DNA from: an uncultured Trueperaceae bacterium
Lineage (GTDB): Bacteria > Deinococcota > Deinococci > Deinococcales > Trueperaceae
Direction: 5' to 3'
DNA length: 64,000 bases
Assembly (NCBI GenBank): GCA_963727505.1
Contig: CAVSGP010000009.1
Coordinates: forward strand, 256,001 to 320,000
Position 1 is the first letter of the stretch. Every line of letters begins with the position of its first letter. A program made the position numbers and the translations under genes. Positions 41,019 to 52,609 of this stretch are shown here, in pieces. Below the pieces are notes generated by a model that was given only the letters and a program-made list of their open reading frames with translations, made no database searches and was not told the DNA's origin.

Positions 41019-41872
41019 TCAGCCCTTGACCGATCCTGCCAGCAGCCCCCGGATGAAGTAGCGCCCGAGCACGATGTAGATGATCAGGGTGGGGAGTGCA
41101 GCGAGCACGGCCCCGGCCATCGGCAGGTTCCAGTTCACGGCCTCGCCGCCGGCGAGTTGCGCCAGCGCCACCGTGATCGGTTGCGTGCTCTGCCTCGTCA
41201 GGGTGACGGCGAACAGGAACTCGTTCCAGATCTGTGTGAACTGCCAGATGATGACCACCACGAAGCCTGAGATCGACAGCGGGAACACGATGCGGCTGTA
41301 GATGCCGAAGAAGCCGGCGCCGTCGATGCGCGCCGCTTCGATCATCTCGTCCGGGATCTCCGCGTAGAAGTTGCGGAAGATCAGCGTGGTGATGGGAAGA
41401 CCGTAGACCACGTGGGTCAGGATGAGCCCCCACAGCGAGCCGTAGAGACCGATGTTGCGCAGGAACTGGAACAGCGGGATCAGGATCGACTGGTACGGGA
41501 TGAACATGCCGAAGAGCATGAGCGGGAAGACGATGTTCGCCCCCGGGAAGCGCCACTTCGACAGGATATAGCCGTTCATCGAGCCCATCAGGGCGGAGAT
41601 GGCGGTGGCGGTCACGGCCAGGAAGAGACTGTTGCGCAGCTTGGGAGCGAAGGCCTGCCACGCCGTGGCGTAGCTGCCCCAGTTCCACTCCCTGGGCAGG
41701 TCCCAGGTACCTGCCAGGTTGATGTCTACCGGGTACTTGAGGCTGGTGATGATCACCAGGTAGACGGGGAGTAGGAAGAACGCGGTCGCCAGAAGCAGCA
41801 GCAGGTACGTCAGCCACTGGAAGCGCGCTCGCTTGCGCGGCGCCCCTCGGCGTCGGGTCAGGGTCTCGGCGC

Positions 41873-41876
<4 letters not shown>
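41019..41876 (-). CDS. Carbohydrate ABC permease (MalG-type)
   Basis: '[10 protein letters not shown]', 'WNEFLF'. Confidence 0.92.
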
Positions 41877-42991
<1,115 letters not shown>

Positions 42992-43061
42992 GCGAGACCC
43001 AATCGTCCCGGCCGCGACGTGCCACCGCAACGGGCGTGGCGAGCGAAGGCCGGTCTCCATG

Positions 43062-43094
43062 TCGGAGGGGACCCCGGCGTGGGGTCCCCTCCGA
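43062..43094. terminator. Intergenic hairpin after sugar SBP gene
   Basis: tcggaggggacccc-ggcgt-ggggtcccctccga. Confidence 0.65.
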
Positions 43095-43102
43095 AACGAG
43101 GG

Positions 43103-44338
43103 TTACTGGTACAGACCAACCTGATTGGCGATGGCCTGGGCGGCGTTGGCCGCCTGCTCGCTGCTCTGCGAGCTCTCGTAGATGGACATGACTTCGGGGA
43201 ACTGGCTCGAGAACGCTTCCTTGGCCACGGCACCGTGGGCGAGGCTGCCGACGATGGTGTTGTTCTGCCAGTCCTGCGCCGCGGACTTCGAGTAGGCGTT
43301 GTAGAGGCTCAGGTCCGAGTCGAGGCGGGGGCTGATCGAGCCCTTGAGGGGGTTGAAGGTGTCCTGGCCCTGCTTGGAACCCAGCAGCGTCAGCCAGTCC
43401 ATGGTGTTCTGCGGATCGGGCGCGCCCTTGGGAAGTCCGAAGGAGTCGGCCAGCATGTCGAAGGTGCCCTTGGTTCCGGGTGAGGCTTCCCAGCCGAAGC
43501 CCGTTCCGGGCTCCAGCTTCAACGTCGTGGTCATGTAGCCCGCGGCCCAGTCACCCATCACGTTGTAGGCGGCCTGCCCGTTCACCACGCGATCGGTGGC
43601 CTGCTGCCAGGAGAGGCCGGAGGCGTCGCTGTTCGTGCACTCCATGACCTTGCCGAAGGTGTCCCACACCTTGACGGCCTGCGGGTCGGTGAACCGGATC
43701 TTGCCCGACCACAGGTCGTTCCAGCCCTGGGCCCCGAGGGTGGCGATGGCGATCGTCTCCCACAGATGCACCTGCGTCCAGCTCTCGCCCACCACCAGCG
43801 GCGTGACGCCCTGGCTCTTCAGCGCGGGGCACTGAACGAGGAACTCTTCCCAGGACGCGGGCGCCGTGACGCCCCACTTCTGCAGGTTGGCCGGCACGTA
43901 CCACATCACGTTGGCGCGGTGGATGTTGACCGGCACGCTCCAGATCCCGTTCGAGGTGCTGATCAGGTCGATCAGGTTCTGCGGGAAGGCGTCCATCCAG
44001 CCTTGTTGCTGGAACAGCGACGTCAGGTCCTCCATGCGATCGGCAGCGACCCAGGTGCCGATGAGTTCCTGGCCGGCATGGACCTGGAAGCTGTCGGGCG
44101 GGTCGCCGCCGAGCATGCGGGTCTTGAGGACCGCGCGGGCGTTGACGCCGGAGCCGCCCGTGACCGTGGCGTTGATGACCTCGACGCCGGGATGCTGCTG
44201 CTTGTAGAGATCGATCAGCGCCTGCAAGGCGGGTGCTTCGTCGCCCGCCCACCAGGAGAAGATCTCGAGCTTGCCCTGTGCTTGCGCCATGCCGGCCAGC
44301 AGGCCCAGCATGGCCACGAGTGCCAGTAGCCTCTTCAT
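43103..44338 (-). CDS. Sugar ABC substrate-binding protein (glucose/mannose-binding type)
   Basis: Signal peptide; 'EIFSWW', 'GGDPPDSFQ', 'PVNIHR', 'MGDWA', 'SLAHG'. Confidence 0.88.
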   Translation of the reverse strand: MKRLLALVAMLGLLAGMAQAQGKLEIFSWWAGDEAPALQALIDLYKQQHPGVEVINATVTGGSGVNARAVLKTRMLGGDPPDSFQVHAGQELIGTWVAADRMEDLTSLFQQQGWMDAFPQNLIDLISTSNGIWSVPVNIHRANVMWYVPANLQKWGVTAPASWEEFLVQCPALKSQGVTPLVVGESWTQVHLWETIAIATLGAQGWNDLWSGKIRFTDPQAVKVWDTFGKVMECTNSDASGLSWQQATDRVVNGQAAYNVMGDWAAGYMTTTLKLEPGTGFGWEASPGTKGTFDMLADSFGLPKGAPDPQNTMDWLTLLGSKQGQDTFNPLKGSISPRLDSDLSLYNAYSKSAAQDWQNNTIVGSLAHGAVAKEAFSSQFPEVMSIYESSQSSEQAANAAQAIANQVGLYQ

Positions 44339-44612
44339 TTGGGTCCCTTCCTCCTAAGGATGGATCTTCCGTTGTGGCTGTTTCGCTAGAGATGCGATGG
44401 TCTGACGAGCGTCACCTCCCTGACGGACGGTCAGCCGATCCGTCGATGCTCTGGGCCCACCTCGCATGGACCCTCGACCCGACGCCCCTGTGCCGGATGC
44501 GAGGAAGTCCCCCCGTCTCGACTTCCCAGCTCCAGCGGCTTGTCGTCCAGCATAGCGCCGGTGATGGGGACGGCATAGGACAGATGTCCATGCCCGACGG
44601 TAGACTGACGGC

Positions 44613-46997
44613 GTGGCGACCGTGTCCGAGATGCGCGATCGTTTGCGGCGGCCGTTGGCGCTGGAGCTACGCAGCGGCTGCCGCGACGACGTGGTCGTGG
44701 GCGGTCTCGAACGTCTCGCCGAAGGCCTGGCGCGCCCGTTCGCGGGGGTCGGAGCGCTCCTCGAAGGTTATGGAGGACTGGCGCCTGAGGCGCGGCGCTC
44801 CCGGCTGGAACAGGCTCTGGCCCTCCTGGAGGGGGGCGGGGCCGTACATCGGCGGCCCGCAGCCGAACCGGCGCAGCGTGCAGGCGGCCCGCGTGACGGC
44901 GCCGGGCGCCGGGCGGCCCCGGAGCATGCCGAACGCCTTCCCACCGACGCGCTCGATCGGGATCTGGCGGATCGATGGATCGACGTGGGCGCCCAGGCGC
45001 CCAGGAAGCTGGCCGACGTCGGCGTGCGCACCTACCGTGACTTGCTCTGGGCCTTGCCACGGCGCTACGAGGACCGCCGTGCCCTGCCCCACTTCGCCGC
45101 CCTCGAGGGCGATGAGGTCGCCACCGTGACGGCTACCGTCGTCAGCCGCAAGGGGATGCGCAGCCGGCGTGGCATGCACGTCCTTCGTGCGCTTCTCGAG
45201 GACGCCCGTGGCCAGCGCGCCACCGCTGTCTGGTTCAACCAGCCATGGGTCGAGAACCAGCTCTTCCCGGGTCAGCGGCTGATCCTGGGAGGCAAGGTGA
45301 AGCGCAAGGGGCGCAGCCTCGAGATCAACGTGACGGGGTTCGAGGTCGACGAGGAGGGGGAGAGTCTCTCGTTCGGGCGCATCGTGGCGATCTACCGCGG
45401 CACGCAGGGTCTGAGTCAGGCCTACCAGCGCCGCGCCACCCACCGCCTGCTCGCGGCGCTCCCACCGCTGCCGGACCACCTGCCGCGTTCGCTGCTCGAG
45501 CGCGAGGAGCTCGTCTCGCTCGACCGCGCCCTGCGCGATGTGCACTTCCCGCCCTCCGAGGAGGCGCTCCAACGCGCGGTGCGGCGCCTGAAGTTCGACG
45601 ACTTCCTCTTCCTCGAGCTGGCCGTGCTGCGCAGCCGCGACGCCTCGCTCGTCGGCCGCAGCTTCCGGGCCGGCGACGACGACGTGCGACCCTTCCTGGA
45701 GAGCCTGCCGTTCGCCCTCACCGGCGCGCAGGAACGCGCCCTGGCGGAGATCTTGCAGGACATGCGCGAGCCGCGCCAGATGGCCCGGCTGCTGCAGGGC
45801 GACGTCGGCTCGGGGAAGACGGCGGTGGCCGCGGCCGCCGTCCACGTCGCCATCCGCAACGGAACGCAGGCCGCGCTGATGGCGCCCACCGAGATCCTGG
45901 CGCGCCAGCACTACATCAACTTGCGCAGCTATCTCTTCCCGCTCGGTGTCCGGAGTGAGTTGCTCACCGGGGCCATGAGCGCCCGCGAGCGGCGCGAGGC
46001 GCGTGCGCGGCTCGCCTCGGGCGAGGCCGACCTCGCCGTCGGCACGCAAGCACTCATCCAGGAGGGCGTGCAGTTCGCCGATCTCGGGCTGGCCATCGTC
46101 GACGAGGAGCACCGTTTCGGCGTGGCGCAGCGACGCAAGCTGCTGCAGGGCTTGCCCGACGTGCTGGTGATGAGCGCCACCCCGATCCCGCGCTCCCTGG
46201 CCCTCACCTACTACGGTGACCTCGAGCTGAGCGTGATCGACGAGTTGCCGCCGGGCCGCAAGCCGGTCGAGACGCGACTGGTGAACGCCAGTCGCCGGCG
46301 TGAGGTCTACCATTTCGCGTGGGACGAGATCCGCAAGGGACGGCAGGTCTACGTGGTCACACCGTTGGTCGAGGAGAGCGAGGCTCTCGAGGAGATCGTC
46401 TCCACCACCGGGCTGGCGGAGGATCTGCGTCAGTTGATGCCCGAGGCGTGCCGCATCGGCATGCTGCACGGCCGCATGCCGGGCGACGAGAAGGACGCCA
46501 TCATGGAGCGCTTCCGGCAACACGCGTTCGACATGCTGGTCTCCACGACGGTCGTCGAGGTAGGCGTCGACATCCCCAACGCGACCGTCATGATCGTGGA
46601 GAACGCCGAGCGCTTCGGCCTGTCGCAGCTTCACCAGCTCCGGGGACGGGTGGGGCGTGGTGAGGAAGCGAGCACCTGCGTGCTGGTTGCGGGCGAGAGG
46701 AGCCGGAAGACGCACAAGCGCCTGCAGATCGTCGCCAAGAACGCCGACGGCTTCAAGATCGCCGAGTACGACCTGCAACTCCGCGGGCCGGGGGAACTGC
46801 GCGGGACACGGCAGTCGGGGCTGCCCGACCTGTCGATCGGCGATCTGACCACCGACGGCACGATCATCGAGAGGGCTCGGGAACTTGCGCAACGCATGTT
46901 GGCCGAGGATCCGGCGCTCGAGGCGCCATGGGCCGTCCGACTTCGTGACGAGTTGCGACGTCGGAGCGGTGCGCTCGCGTTCCGGGAGGTCATATGA
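44613..46997 (+). CDS. recG: ATP-dependent DNA helicase RecG
   Basis: Wedge 'PRRYED', 'WFNQP'; 'QGDVGSGKT', 'DEEHRFG', 'QLRGRVGR', 'RGPGE...QSG'. Confidence 0.96.
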   Translation: MATVSEMRDRLRRPLALELRSGCRDDVVVGGLERLAEGLARPFAGVGALLEGYGGLAPEARRSRLEQALALLEGGGAVHRRPAAEPAQRAGGPRDGAGRRAAPEHAERLPTDALDRDLADRWIDVGAQAPRKLADVGVRTYRDLLWALPRRYEDRRALPHFAALEGDEVATVTATVVSRKGMRSRRGMHVLRALLEDARGQRATAVWFNQPWVENQLFPGQRLILGGKVKRKGRSLEINVTGFEVDEEGESLSFGRIVAIYRGTQGLSQAYQRRATHRLLAALPPLPDHLPRSLLEREELVSLDRALRDVHFPPSEEALQRAVRRLKFDDFLFLELAVLRSRDASLVGRSFRAGDDDVRPFLESLPFALTGAQERALAEILQDMREPRQMARLLQGDVGSGKTAVAAAAVHVAIRNGTQAALMAPTEILARQHYINLRSYLFPLGVRSELLTGAMSARERREARARLASGEADLAVGTQALIQEGVQFADLGLAIVDEEHRFGVAQRRKLLQGLPDVLVMSATPIPRSLALTYYGDLELSVIDELPPGRKPVETRLVNASRRREVYHFAWDEIRKGRQVYVVTPLVEESEALEEIVSTTGLAEDLRQLMPEACRIGMLHGRMPGDEKDAIMERFRQHAFDMLVSTTVVEVGVDIPNATVMIVENAERFGLSQLHQLRGRVGRGEEASTCVLVAGERSRKTHKRLQIVAKNADGFKIAEYDLQLRGPGELRGTRQSGLPDLSIGDLTTDGTIIERARELAQRMLAEDPALEAPWAVRLRDELRRRSGALAFREVI

Positions 46998-47488
46998 GCG
47001 TGCTCACGCGCTTGCTCGGCTGGCTGCTGCTGGGGGGCCTCGTCGTCGGGGTGGTCCTGCGCCTCCGTTTGGGAAGGCGCCGCTTCCGGCCCCTGGTGTC
47101 GATCCTGGTGATCGTCCCCGCCGTCGTCCATGCTGCATACGTCGTGATGCAGGCGCTCGGGCACGGGGCGTTCGTGCTCGGTTCGGTGGCTTTCCTGGTC
47201 GGGGCGACCGTGGTGGTCGGTGCGGGCTGGCTTGCCGGCCGGCACTGGGCGGCGAGCCGGCCGCTGTTGGCGGCGCTTGCGCCGGCCGCGACGGCCGTCG
47301 TCTACGGGCTGCTCCCCTTCGCGCTGTACTCCTGGACGCTGCGGCGGGCGTCGATCGACCTGGACATCGTGCCGACGGCCGCCTATGTGGCCGCCTGCGT
47401 GTTCGGCACGGCTCTCCTGCTGCCGTTCGTGCCGGGCTCGGGCGGCTCCGCCGGCGGCTGGTTGCGCCGCTTCGTCCGGCGCCGATGA
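46994..47488 (+). CDS. Hypothetical integral membrane protein
   Basis: About 5 hydrophobic helices; ATGA overlap with recG. Confidence 0.7.
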   Translation: MSVLTRLLGWLLLGGLVVGVVLRLRLGRRRFRPLVSILVIVPAVVHAAYVVMQALGHGAFVLGSVAFLVGATVVVGAGWLAGRHWAASRPLLAALAPAATAVVYGLLPFALYSWTLRRASIDLDIVPTAAYVAACVFGTALLLPFVPGSGGSAGGWLRRFVRRR

Positions 47489-47532
47489 GCACCGTCTGCG
47501 AGGGCGCTCCCGGGGTCTGCTAGACTGCAGAT

Positions 47533-48492
47533 GTGCAGCGTCGCACGTTCCCTGCCTGCGGTCGGTGGTCGCTGGTCGCCCTGGCTCTCGCCACGCTCCT
47601 CGCGTTGGCGGGGTGCGCGCCCGGTACCGCCATCAAGCGATCGCATCCGCTCGGCGAGATCCAGCCCCCCACCTTCCAGCTCGTACCCGGGCAGACCAGC
47701 ATCGAGCGTTTCGACCCTCCCGGCGCCGGCGCCGGGCTATCGATGACGGTGGGTACGCTGGTGCGCAATCCCAACGGCTTCCCGGTACGGCTCACCTCGG
47801 TGCAGTACAGCGTGCTGCTGCAAGGAGACACGGTCTCGAAAGGCACGATGAGCCCGTCGCTCTACCTCGAACCGGGGGCGACGGCGCCGCTGCGCTTCCC
47901 GATCCACAGTGACCTGACGGGCAAGGGCAGTCTGTTGCGCGCGGTGGTGCGCGCGTTCGCCGACACGCCGCTACCGTTTCGCATCGAAGGCACGCTGCGC
48001 TTCAGCTCTTCGAGCTACGGCTTCGAGACCCGCAAGAGCGTGCTGGTGTCGGGCGCCACGCTGGCCAGGCAGACGGTGGCTCCGCCCCGCCTGCGGCTCG
48101 ACGAGGCGGCGAGCCGTGTCTTCACGTTGCGCCCCGGCGTGCCGGTCGTGCAGGTGGTGGTCAAGGCGACCAACCCGGGGGATATCGGCTACTTCCTCTA
48201 CGGCAAGGACCTCGATCTGACCCTCGCCGGGCAGACCATGGCGCGCGAGGACATGCGCCCGGTTCCGCTGGCGGCGGGGCAGGAGGGGCGCATCGACCTG
48301 GTGTTCTACCCCGACCCGAAGAAGCTCTCGGCGGACGCCGACGCGGCGCTGCAGGCCGCGTTGCAGGGCATCCCCACGCTACTGCGGGTGAAGGGAACCC
48401 TCACCATGGACGTGCTCGGCGTCGACTCCTTCACGGTGCCGCCGGATTGGGAGATCGCCGGCTTCGTCTCGGCGCCGTCCTCGACACACTGA
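47533..48492 (+). CDS. Lipoprotein with two LEA_2/WHy-like domains
   Basis: Lipobox 'LAGC'; 'VRNPNGFPVRL' and 'ATNPGDIG' repeats; TAGACT 6 nt upstream. Confidence 0.75.
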   Translation: MQRRTFPACGRWSLVALALATLLALAGCAPGTAIKRSHPLGEIQPPTFQLVPGQTSIERFDPPGAGAGLSMTVGTLVRNPNGFPVRLTSVQYSVLLQGDTVSKGTMSPSLYLEPGATAPLRFPIHSDLTGKGSLLRAVVRAFADTPLPFRIEGTLRFSSSSYGFETRKSVLVSGATLARQTVAPPRLRLDEAASRVFTLRPGVPVVQVVVKATNPGDIGYFLYGKDLDLTLAGQTMAREDMRPVPLAAGQEGRIDLVFYPDPKKLSADADAALQAALQGIPTLLRVKGTLTMDVLGVDSFTVPPDWEIAGFVSAPSSTH

Positions 48493-48521
48493 GCGAGCCC
48501 TCCCATGCTATCCTCCGCCGT

Positions 48522-50093
48522 ATGGCTAGAATCCTTGTCACCGACACCATCCAGCTGGGTGACACCGACTATCCGGAGATGGAGGTCGTCGACCGGGCGG
48601 GCATCACGCGTGAAGAACTCCTGAAGATCGTCGGGTCCTTCGACGCGATCATCACGCGGAGCCGCACCAAGGTCGACGACGAGCTGATCCGGGCGGCCGG
48701 CAAGCTTCGGGTCATCGGACGGGGCGGCGTTGGCGTCGACAACATCGATCTCGAGTCGGCGAGCCGCCGCGGGATCCTGGTCGTCAACGCTCCGGAGGCG
48801 AACAACGTGTCGGCGGCGGAGCTGGCCATCGCCCTGATGCTGAACGCCGCGCGCGGCGTGGCGCGCGCCGACCGGCTCATCCGCTCGGGCACGTGGGACC
48901 GCAAGTTCCTGGGCCGCGAGCTCAAGGGCGCGCGCCTCGGTATCGTCGGGCTCGGCCGGATCGGCTCGCTCGTGTCCAAGCGCGCGCAGGGACTCGGGAT
49001 GACGGTGATGGCGTACGACCCCTACATCACGCGGCGGCGCGCCGAGGATCTGAAGGTCGAACTGTTCGACGACCTGCACGCCATGCTGGCGCGCTCCGAC
49101 TTCCTGACCGTCCACACGCCGCTGACCGAGGAGACCGAGGGCATCATCGGCGCGGACGAGCTTCGCCGCATGCCGGAGGGCGCCGTCGTGGTCAACGCCG
49201 CGCGCGGCGGGATCATCCAGGAAGATGCCCTGCTCGAGGCGCTCGACGCCGGTCATCTGTTCGGGGTGGGTCTCGACGTGTACGTCTCCGAGCCTCCCGA
49301 TCCCTCGCTGGCGCTGTTCCGGCGCGACAACGTGGTGTTGAGCGCGCACCTGGGCGCGAACACCGCCGAGGCGCAGGCCCGCATCGGCGCCGAGATCCTG
49401 GAGCGCACGGTCCTGGCGCTCAACGGTGATTATTCGCACGGCGTTGTGAACGCGCCCGCGCTCGCGCCCGAGGTGATGAGCGCGCTGGGCAAGCATCTGG
49501 AGCTCGGTGAGATCCTGGGTCGCACCGCCTCTCAACTGAGCCGCGGACGCGTCAAGGAGCTCGAGGTGGAGTTCGCCGGCGCCTTCCCGATCGACCCGGA
49601 CCCGGTGGCCACCGCAGTGACCAAGGGGTTCCTGGAACCGATCCTGGACGAGCCGCCCAACTACATCAACGCACCCTCGATCGCGCGCGATCGTGACATC
49701 CGCGTCTCGCGTGTCACCGCCTCTCGCAGTCGCGGCTACACGACCCATGTGCTGGTCACAGCGGTGACCTCCGAGGGGCGGACCAGCGTGGCCGGCACGG
49801 TCCTGGCCGAGCAGCCGCGCATCGTGGAGATCGACGAGTACCCCATCGAGATCAAGCCGGAGGGCACCATGCTGGTGTGCACCAACTACGACCGCCCCGG
49901 CGCGGTCGGGCGGGTCGGAACCGTGCTGGGCGATTCGGGCGTGAACATCAACAGCATGCAGCTGTCGCGCACCAGTGAGGACGGGCTGGCGATGTTCGTC
50001 CTCACCCTCGACCAGGCCCCCTCCGAACAGGTTCTCGACGTGCTGCGCAACCTTGGTGACGTGATCCGTAGCCTGCGCCTGGTACGGCTCTAG
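48522..50093 (+). CDS. serA: D-3-phosphoglycerate dehydrogenase
   Basis: 'GVGVDNID', 'GLGRIG', 'NAARGG', 'HLGA', ASB and ACT 'DRPG' domains. Confidence 0.95.
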   Translation: MARILVTDTIQLGDTDYPEMEVVDRAGITREELLKIVGSFDAIITRSRTKVDDELIRAAGKLRVIGRGGVGVDNIDLESASRRGILVVNAPEANNVSAAELAIALMLNAARGVARADRLIRSGTWDRKFLGRELKGARLGIVGLGRIGSLVSKRAQGLGMTVMAYDPYITRRRAEDLKVELFDDLHAMLARSDFLTVHTPLTEETEGIIGADELRRMPEGAVVVNAARGGIIQEDALLEALDAGHLFGVGLDVYVSEPPDPSLALFRRDNVVLSAHLGANTAEAQARIGAEILERTVLALNGDYSHGVVNAPALAPEVMSALGKHLELGEILGRTASQLSRGRVKELEVEFAGAFPIDPDPVATAVTKGFLEPILDEPPNYINAPSIARDRDIRVSRVTASRSRGYTTHVLVTAVTSEGRTSVAGTVLAEQPRIVEIDEYPIEIKPEGTMLVCTNYDRPGAVGRVGTVLGDSGVNINSMQLSRTSEDGLAMFVLTLDQAPSEQVLDVLRNLGDVIRSLRLVRL

Positions 50094-50095
50094 CG

Positions 50096-51256
50096 ATGGG
50101 GATGGTCAAGCCCCGCCTCCTCGCGCCGGGACCCGTGGAGGTCCCGCCCGCCGTGCTGGAGGCCATGGCGCGCCCGGTCGTGCACCACCGCAGTGGGCCG
50201 TTCAAGGAGCTCTTCGCCGGCGTACGCTCGCGCCTGGCCGAGGTGGCCATGGTGCCGGGCGAAGAGGTTCTCGTGGTGACGGGGAGCGGCACCGCCGGCT
50301 TCGAGGCGGCGCTGCTCGCCAGCGTGCCCGCAGGCGGGAGTGTGCTCAGCCTGCAGGCTGGCAAGTTCGGCGAGCGCTGGGCCAGCATGGGCCGGCGGTT
50401 CGGCTTCCGGGTGATCGTCTTGGAGGAGGCGTGGGGCCGCGCGCTCGATCCGGAACGGGTGCGCGACGCGCTGCGCGCCGAGCCGCGGGTGGCCGCCGTC
50501 ACCACCACCCACTCCGAGACCTCGACCGGTGTGCTGCACGACGTCGAACGGATCGCGGCGGTGGTCCGGGAGGAGGCCCCGGACGCCCTCATGGTGGTCG
50601 ATGCCGTCACGAGCCTCGCCGCGGCCGAGCTCCGGCCCCGGGCGTGGGATCTCGACGTGGTGGTATCCGGTTCGCAGAAGGGGCTGATGGTGCCGCCTGG
50701 ATTGGCGTTCGCGTACTTGTCCGAGCGTGCATGGCAGCGTAGCGACGAGCTGGCCCGTCGTGGCGGGCTGGTCCCCGGTTACTACCTCGACTTGCGCCGG
50801 GAGCGCGAGCGGCAGGCACAGGCCCAGACGGCCACCACGCCGGCGGTGAGCCTGGTCGCAGGGCTCGACGTGGCGCTGCGCATGCTGCTCGACGAGGGTG
50901 TCGAGGCGGTGTGGCGGCGCCGTGAGGTGCTGAACGAGGCGCTGCTGCGTGCCGGCGAGGCGATCGGCTTCGGCCGCTACGCCGAGCGGCCGAGTCCGGC
51001 CGTGGCTGCCTTGCGGACCCCGGAGGGGGTCGACGCTCCGGAGGTCGTCCGCCTGCTGGCGGACGCCGGCATCCGGATCGGGGCCGGGCAGGATGACGCC
51101 AAACCCCACCTGATCCGCCCCAGCGTCCTCGGCTACGCCGATCGCTTCGACGTGATCACGTTGGCGGCCGCCCTCGAGGATGCCCTCCGCGCCCTCGGAC
51201 GCGATGTGCCCTTCGGGCGGGGGACGGGCGCGGCGCTCGAGGCGCTGGTGGGATGA
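50096..51256 (+). CDS. Class V PLP aminotransferase (serine-pyruvate/AGT-like; probable phosphoserine aminotransferase)
   Basis: 'LAPGP', 'GSGT', 'HSETSTG', 'VDAVTS', 'GSQKGL'. Confidence 0.88.
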   Translation: MGMVKPRLLAPGPVEVPPAVLEAMARPVVHHRSGPFKELFAGVRSRLAEVAMVPGEEVLVVTGSGTAGFEAALLASVPAGGSVLSLQAGKFGERWASMGRRFGFRVIVLEEAWGRALDPERVRDALRAEPRVAAVTTTHSETSTGVLHDVERIAAVVREEAPDALMVVDAVTSLAAAELRPRAWDLDVVVSGSQKGLMVPPGLAFAYLSERAWQRSDELARRGGLVPGYYLDLRRERERQAQAQTATTPAVSLVAGLDVALRMLLDEGVEAVWRRREVLNEALLRAGEAIGFGRYAERPSPAVAALRTPEGVDAPEVVRLLADAGIRIGAGQDDAKPHLIRPSVLGYADRFDVITLAAALEDALRALGRDVPFGRGTGAALEALVG

Positions 51257-51816
51257 CGGAGGTGGTGCTGGTACGTCACGCCTCCTCGCGCCCCCAGGCC
51301 GATGTGCCCGCATCGCGGTGGAGGCTTCGGGAGGGCGCGAGCGAGAGCATCCGGACGCTGGCCAGCCGCCTGCAACCGCTCGAGCTCGACCTCGTGGTGG
51401 CCAGCATCGAGCCGAAAGCCGTCGCCACCGGCCGGGGCCTCGCCCGACACCTCGAGCTGCCGTTCGCGTCCGCGCCGCGGCTGCACGAGCACGAGCGCGG
51501 CAACCTGCCGCTGCTCGGCGAGGACGCCTGGCAGGGCACCTTGCGGCGCTTCTTCCGTCATCCCGACGTGCTGGTGTTCGGTCGCGAGACCGCCACGGAG
51601 GCCCGGGAGCGCTTCCGCGACGGCCTGCAGGCTGCGCTCGAGCGCAACCCTGGCGCACGCCCGGCGGTCGTCGCGCACGGCACGGTCATGAGCCTGTTGG
51701 TAGCGGGCCCGAGTGGCCTCGACCCGTACGAGCTGTGGCGCAACCTGCAGATGCCGGAAGCCTGGGTGGTGCGCTGGCCCGAGATGACGCTCCAGCGCCG
51801 TATCGCCGCATCGTGA
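51253..51816 (+). CDS. Histidine phosphatase family protein
   Basis: 'VLVRHA', 'LHE', 'VVAHG'; ATGA overlap with aminotransferase. Confidence 0.8.
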   Translation: MTEVVLVRHASSRPQADVPASRWRLREGASESIRTLASRLQPLELDLVVASIEPKAVATGRGLARHLELPFASAPRLHEHERGNLPLLGEDAWQGTLRRFFRHPDVLVFGRETATEARERFRDGLQAALERNPGARPAVVAHGTVMSLLVAGPSGLDPYELWRNLQMPEAWVVRWPEMTLQRRIAAS

Positions 51817-51829
51817 GGATGAGGCGGGC

Positions 51830-52609
51830 TCAACCGGTGAGGCGCTTCCAGCGCCACCACATGCGCAGCAGCCCGCCCTGCCGGTCCATCTCGAACGCCC
51901 CGAAGTCGCCGTCGAAGCGCCGCGCCACGCGGTAGCGGGGCTCGTAGCGCGTGCGGAACACCGCGTCGCCGTCATCGCTGCCGCTGAACCCGCGCTCCGC
52001 CCGGGACCCGAGGCGCGCCGCCGCCTGCTCCGGCGAGCGGTAGGGATAGTGCTTGAGGATCGGCATACGCCGGTAGGGCAGGACGCCAACGCCGCGCGGG
52101 AACACGCGCCCGTGCTCGCCGGGACGGTAGCGGGCGCCCGCACGGTCGCGGAACTGACGCACCTCCACCCAGAACGGCGAGTACCAGCGGACACGCTCTT
52201 GCACCGGCACCTCCAGATCGACCGGGCGGTCGTCGGGGTGGAGGAAGAACTGCATCACCGCCCAGTTGACGATGCGGGCCCCCTGCCGCTCGGCGTCGAC
52301 GGACACGGCGCGCGGGTCGTCGTGGAAGATCTCGTCAGCGTGCATCAGCGTGTACCAGTGGCCCGGGCCATAGCGTTGGCGAGCCACGTCGAGGAGCGCC
52401 TGCCGGTGGTAGTCGCGCACCCGGGTGCCGGGAGCCACGTCCGCGTCGCGCAGCAGCAGTGCGACCGCGGGGTGGGCCGCCAGGCGCTCGGCGGTACCGT
52501 CGTCCGAGCCATCCAGCGCCAGGATGGCGTCGACCCCGCCGGCGTTGGCCTCCAGCATCTCGTCGATGATGTCGACCTCGTTATAGGTGAGGAGGAGCCC
52601 GATGTTCAC
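51830..52609 (-). CDS. Glycosyltransferase family 2-like protein
   Basis: 'TYNE', 'LDGSDDGT', 'HADE', 'KHYPYRS'; GTGA overlap with upstream ABC gene. Confidence 0.75.
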   Translation of the reverse strand: MNIGLLLTYNEVDIIDEMLEANAGGVDAILALDGSDDGTAERLAAHPAVALLLRDADVAPGTRVRDYHRQALLDVARQRYGPGHWYTLMHADEIFHDDPRAVSVDAERQGARIVNWAVMQFFLHPDDRPVDLEVPVQERVRWYSPFWVEVRQFRDRAGARYRPGEHGRVFPRGVGVLPYRRMPILKHYPYRSPEQAAARLGSRAERGFSGSDDGDAVFRTRYEPRYRVARRFDGDFGAFEMDRQGGLLRMWWRWKRLTG

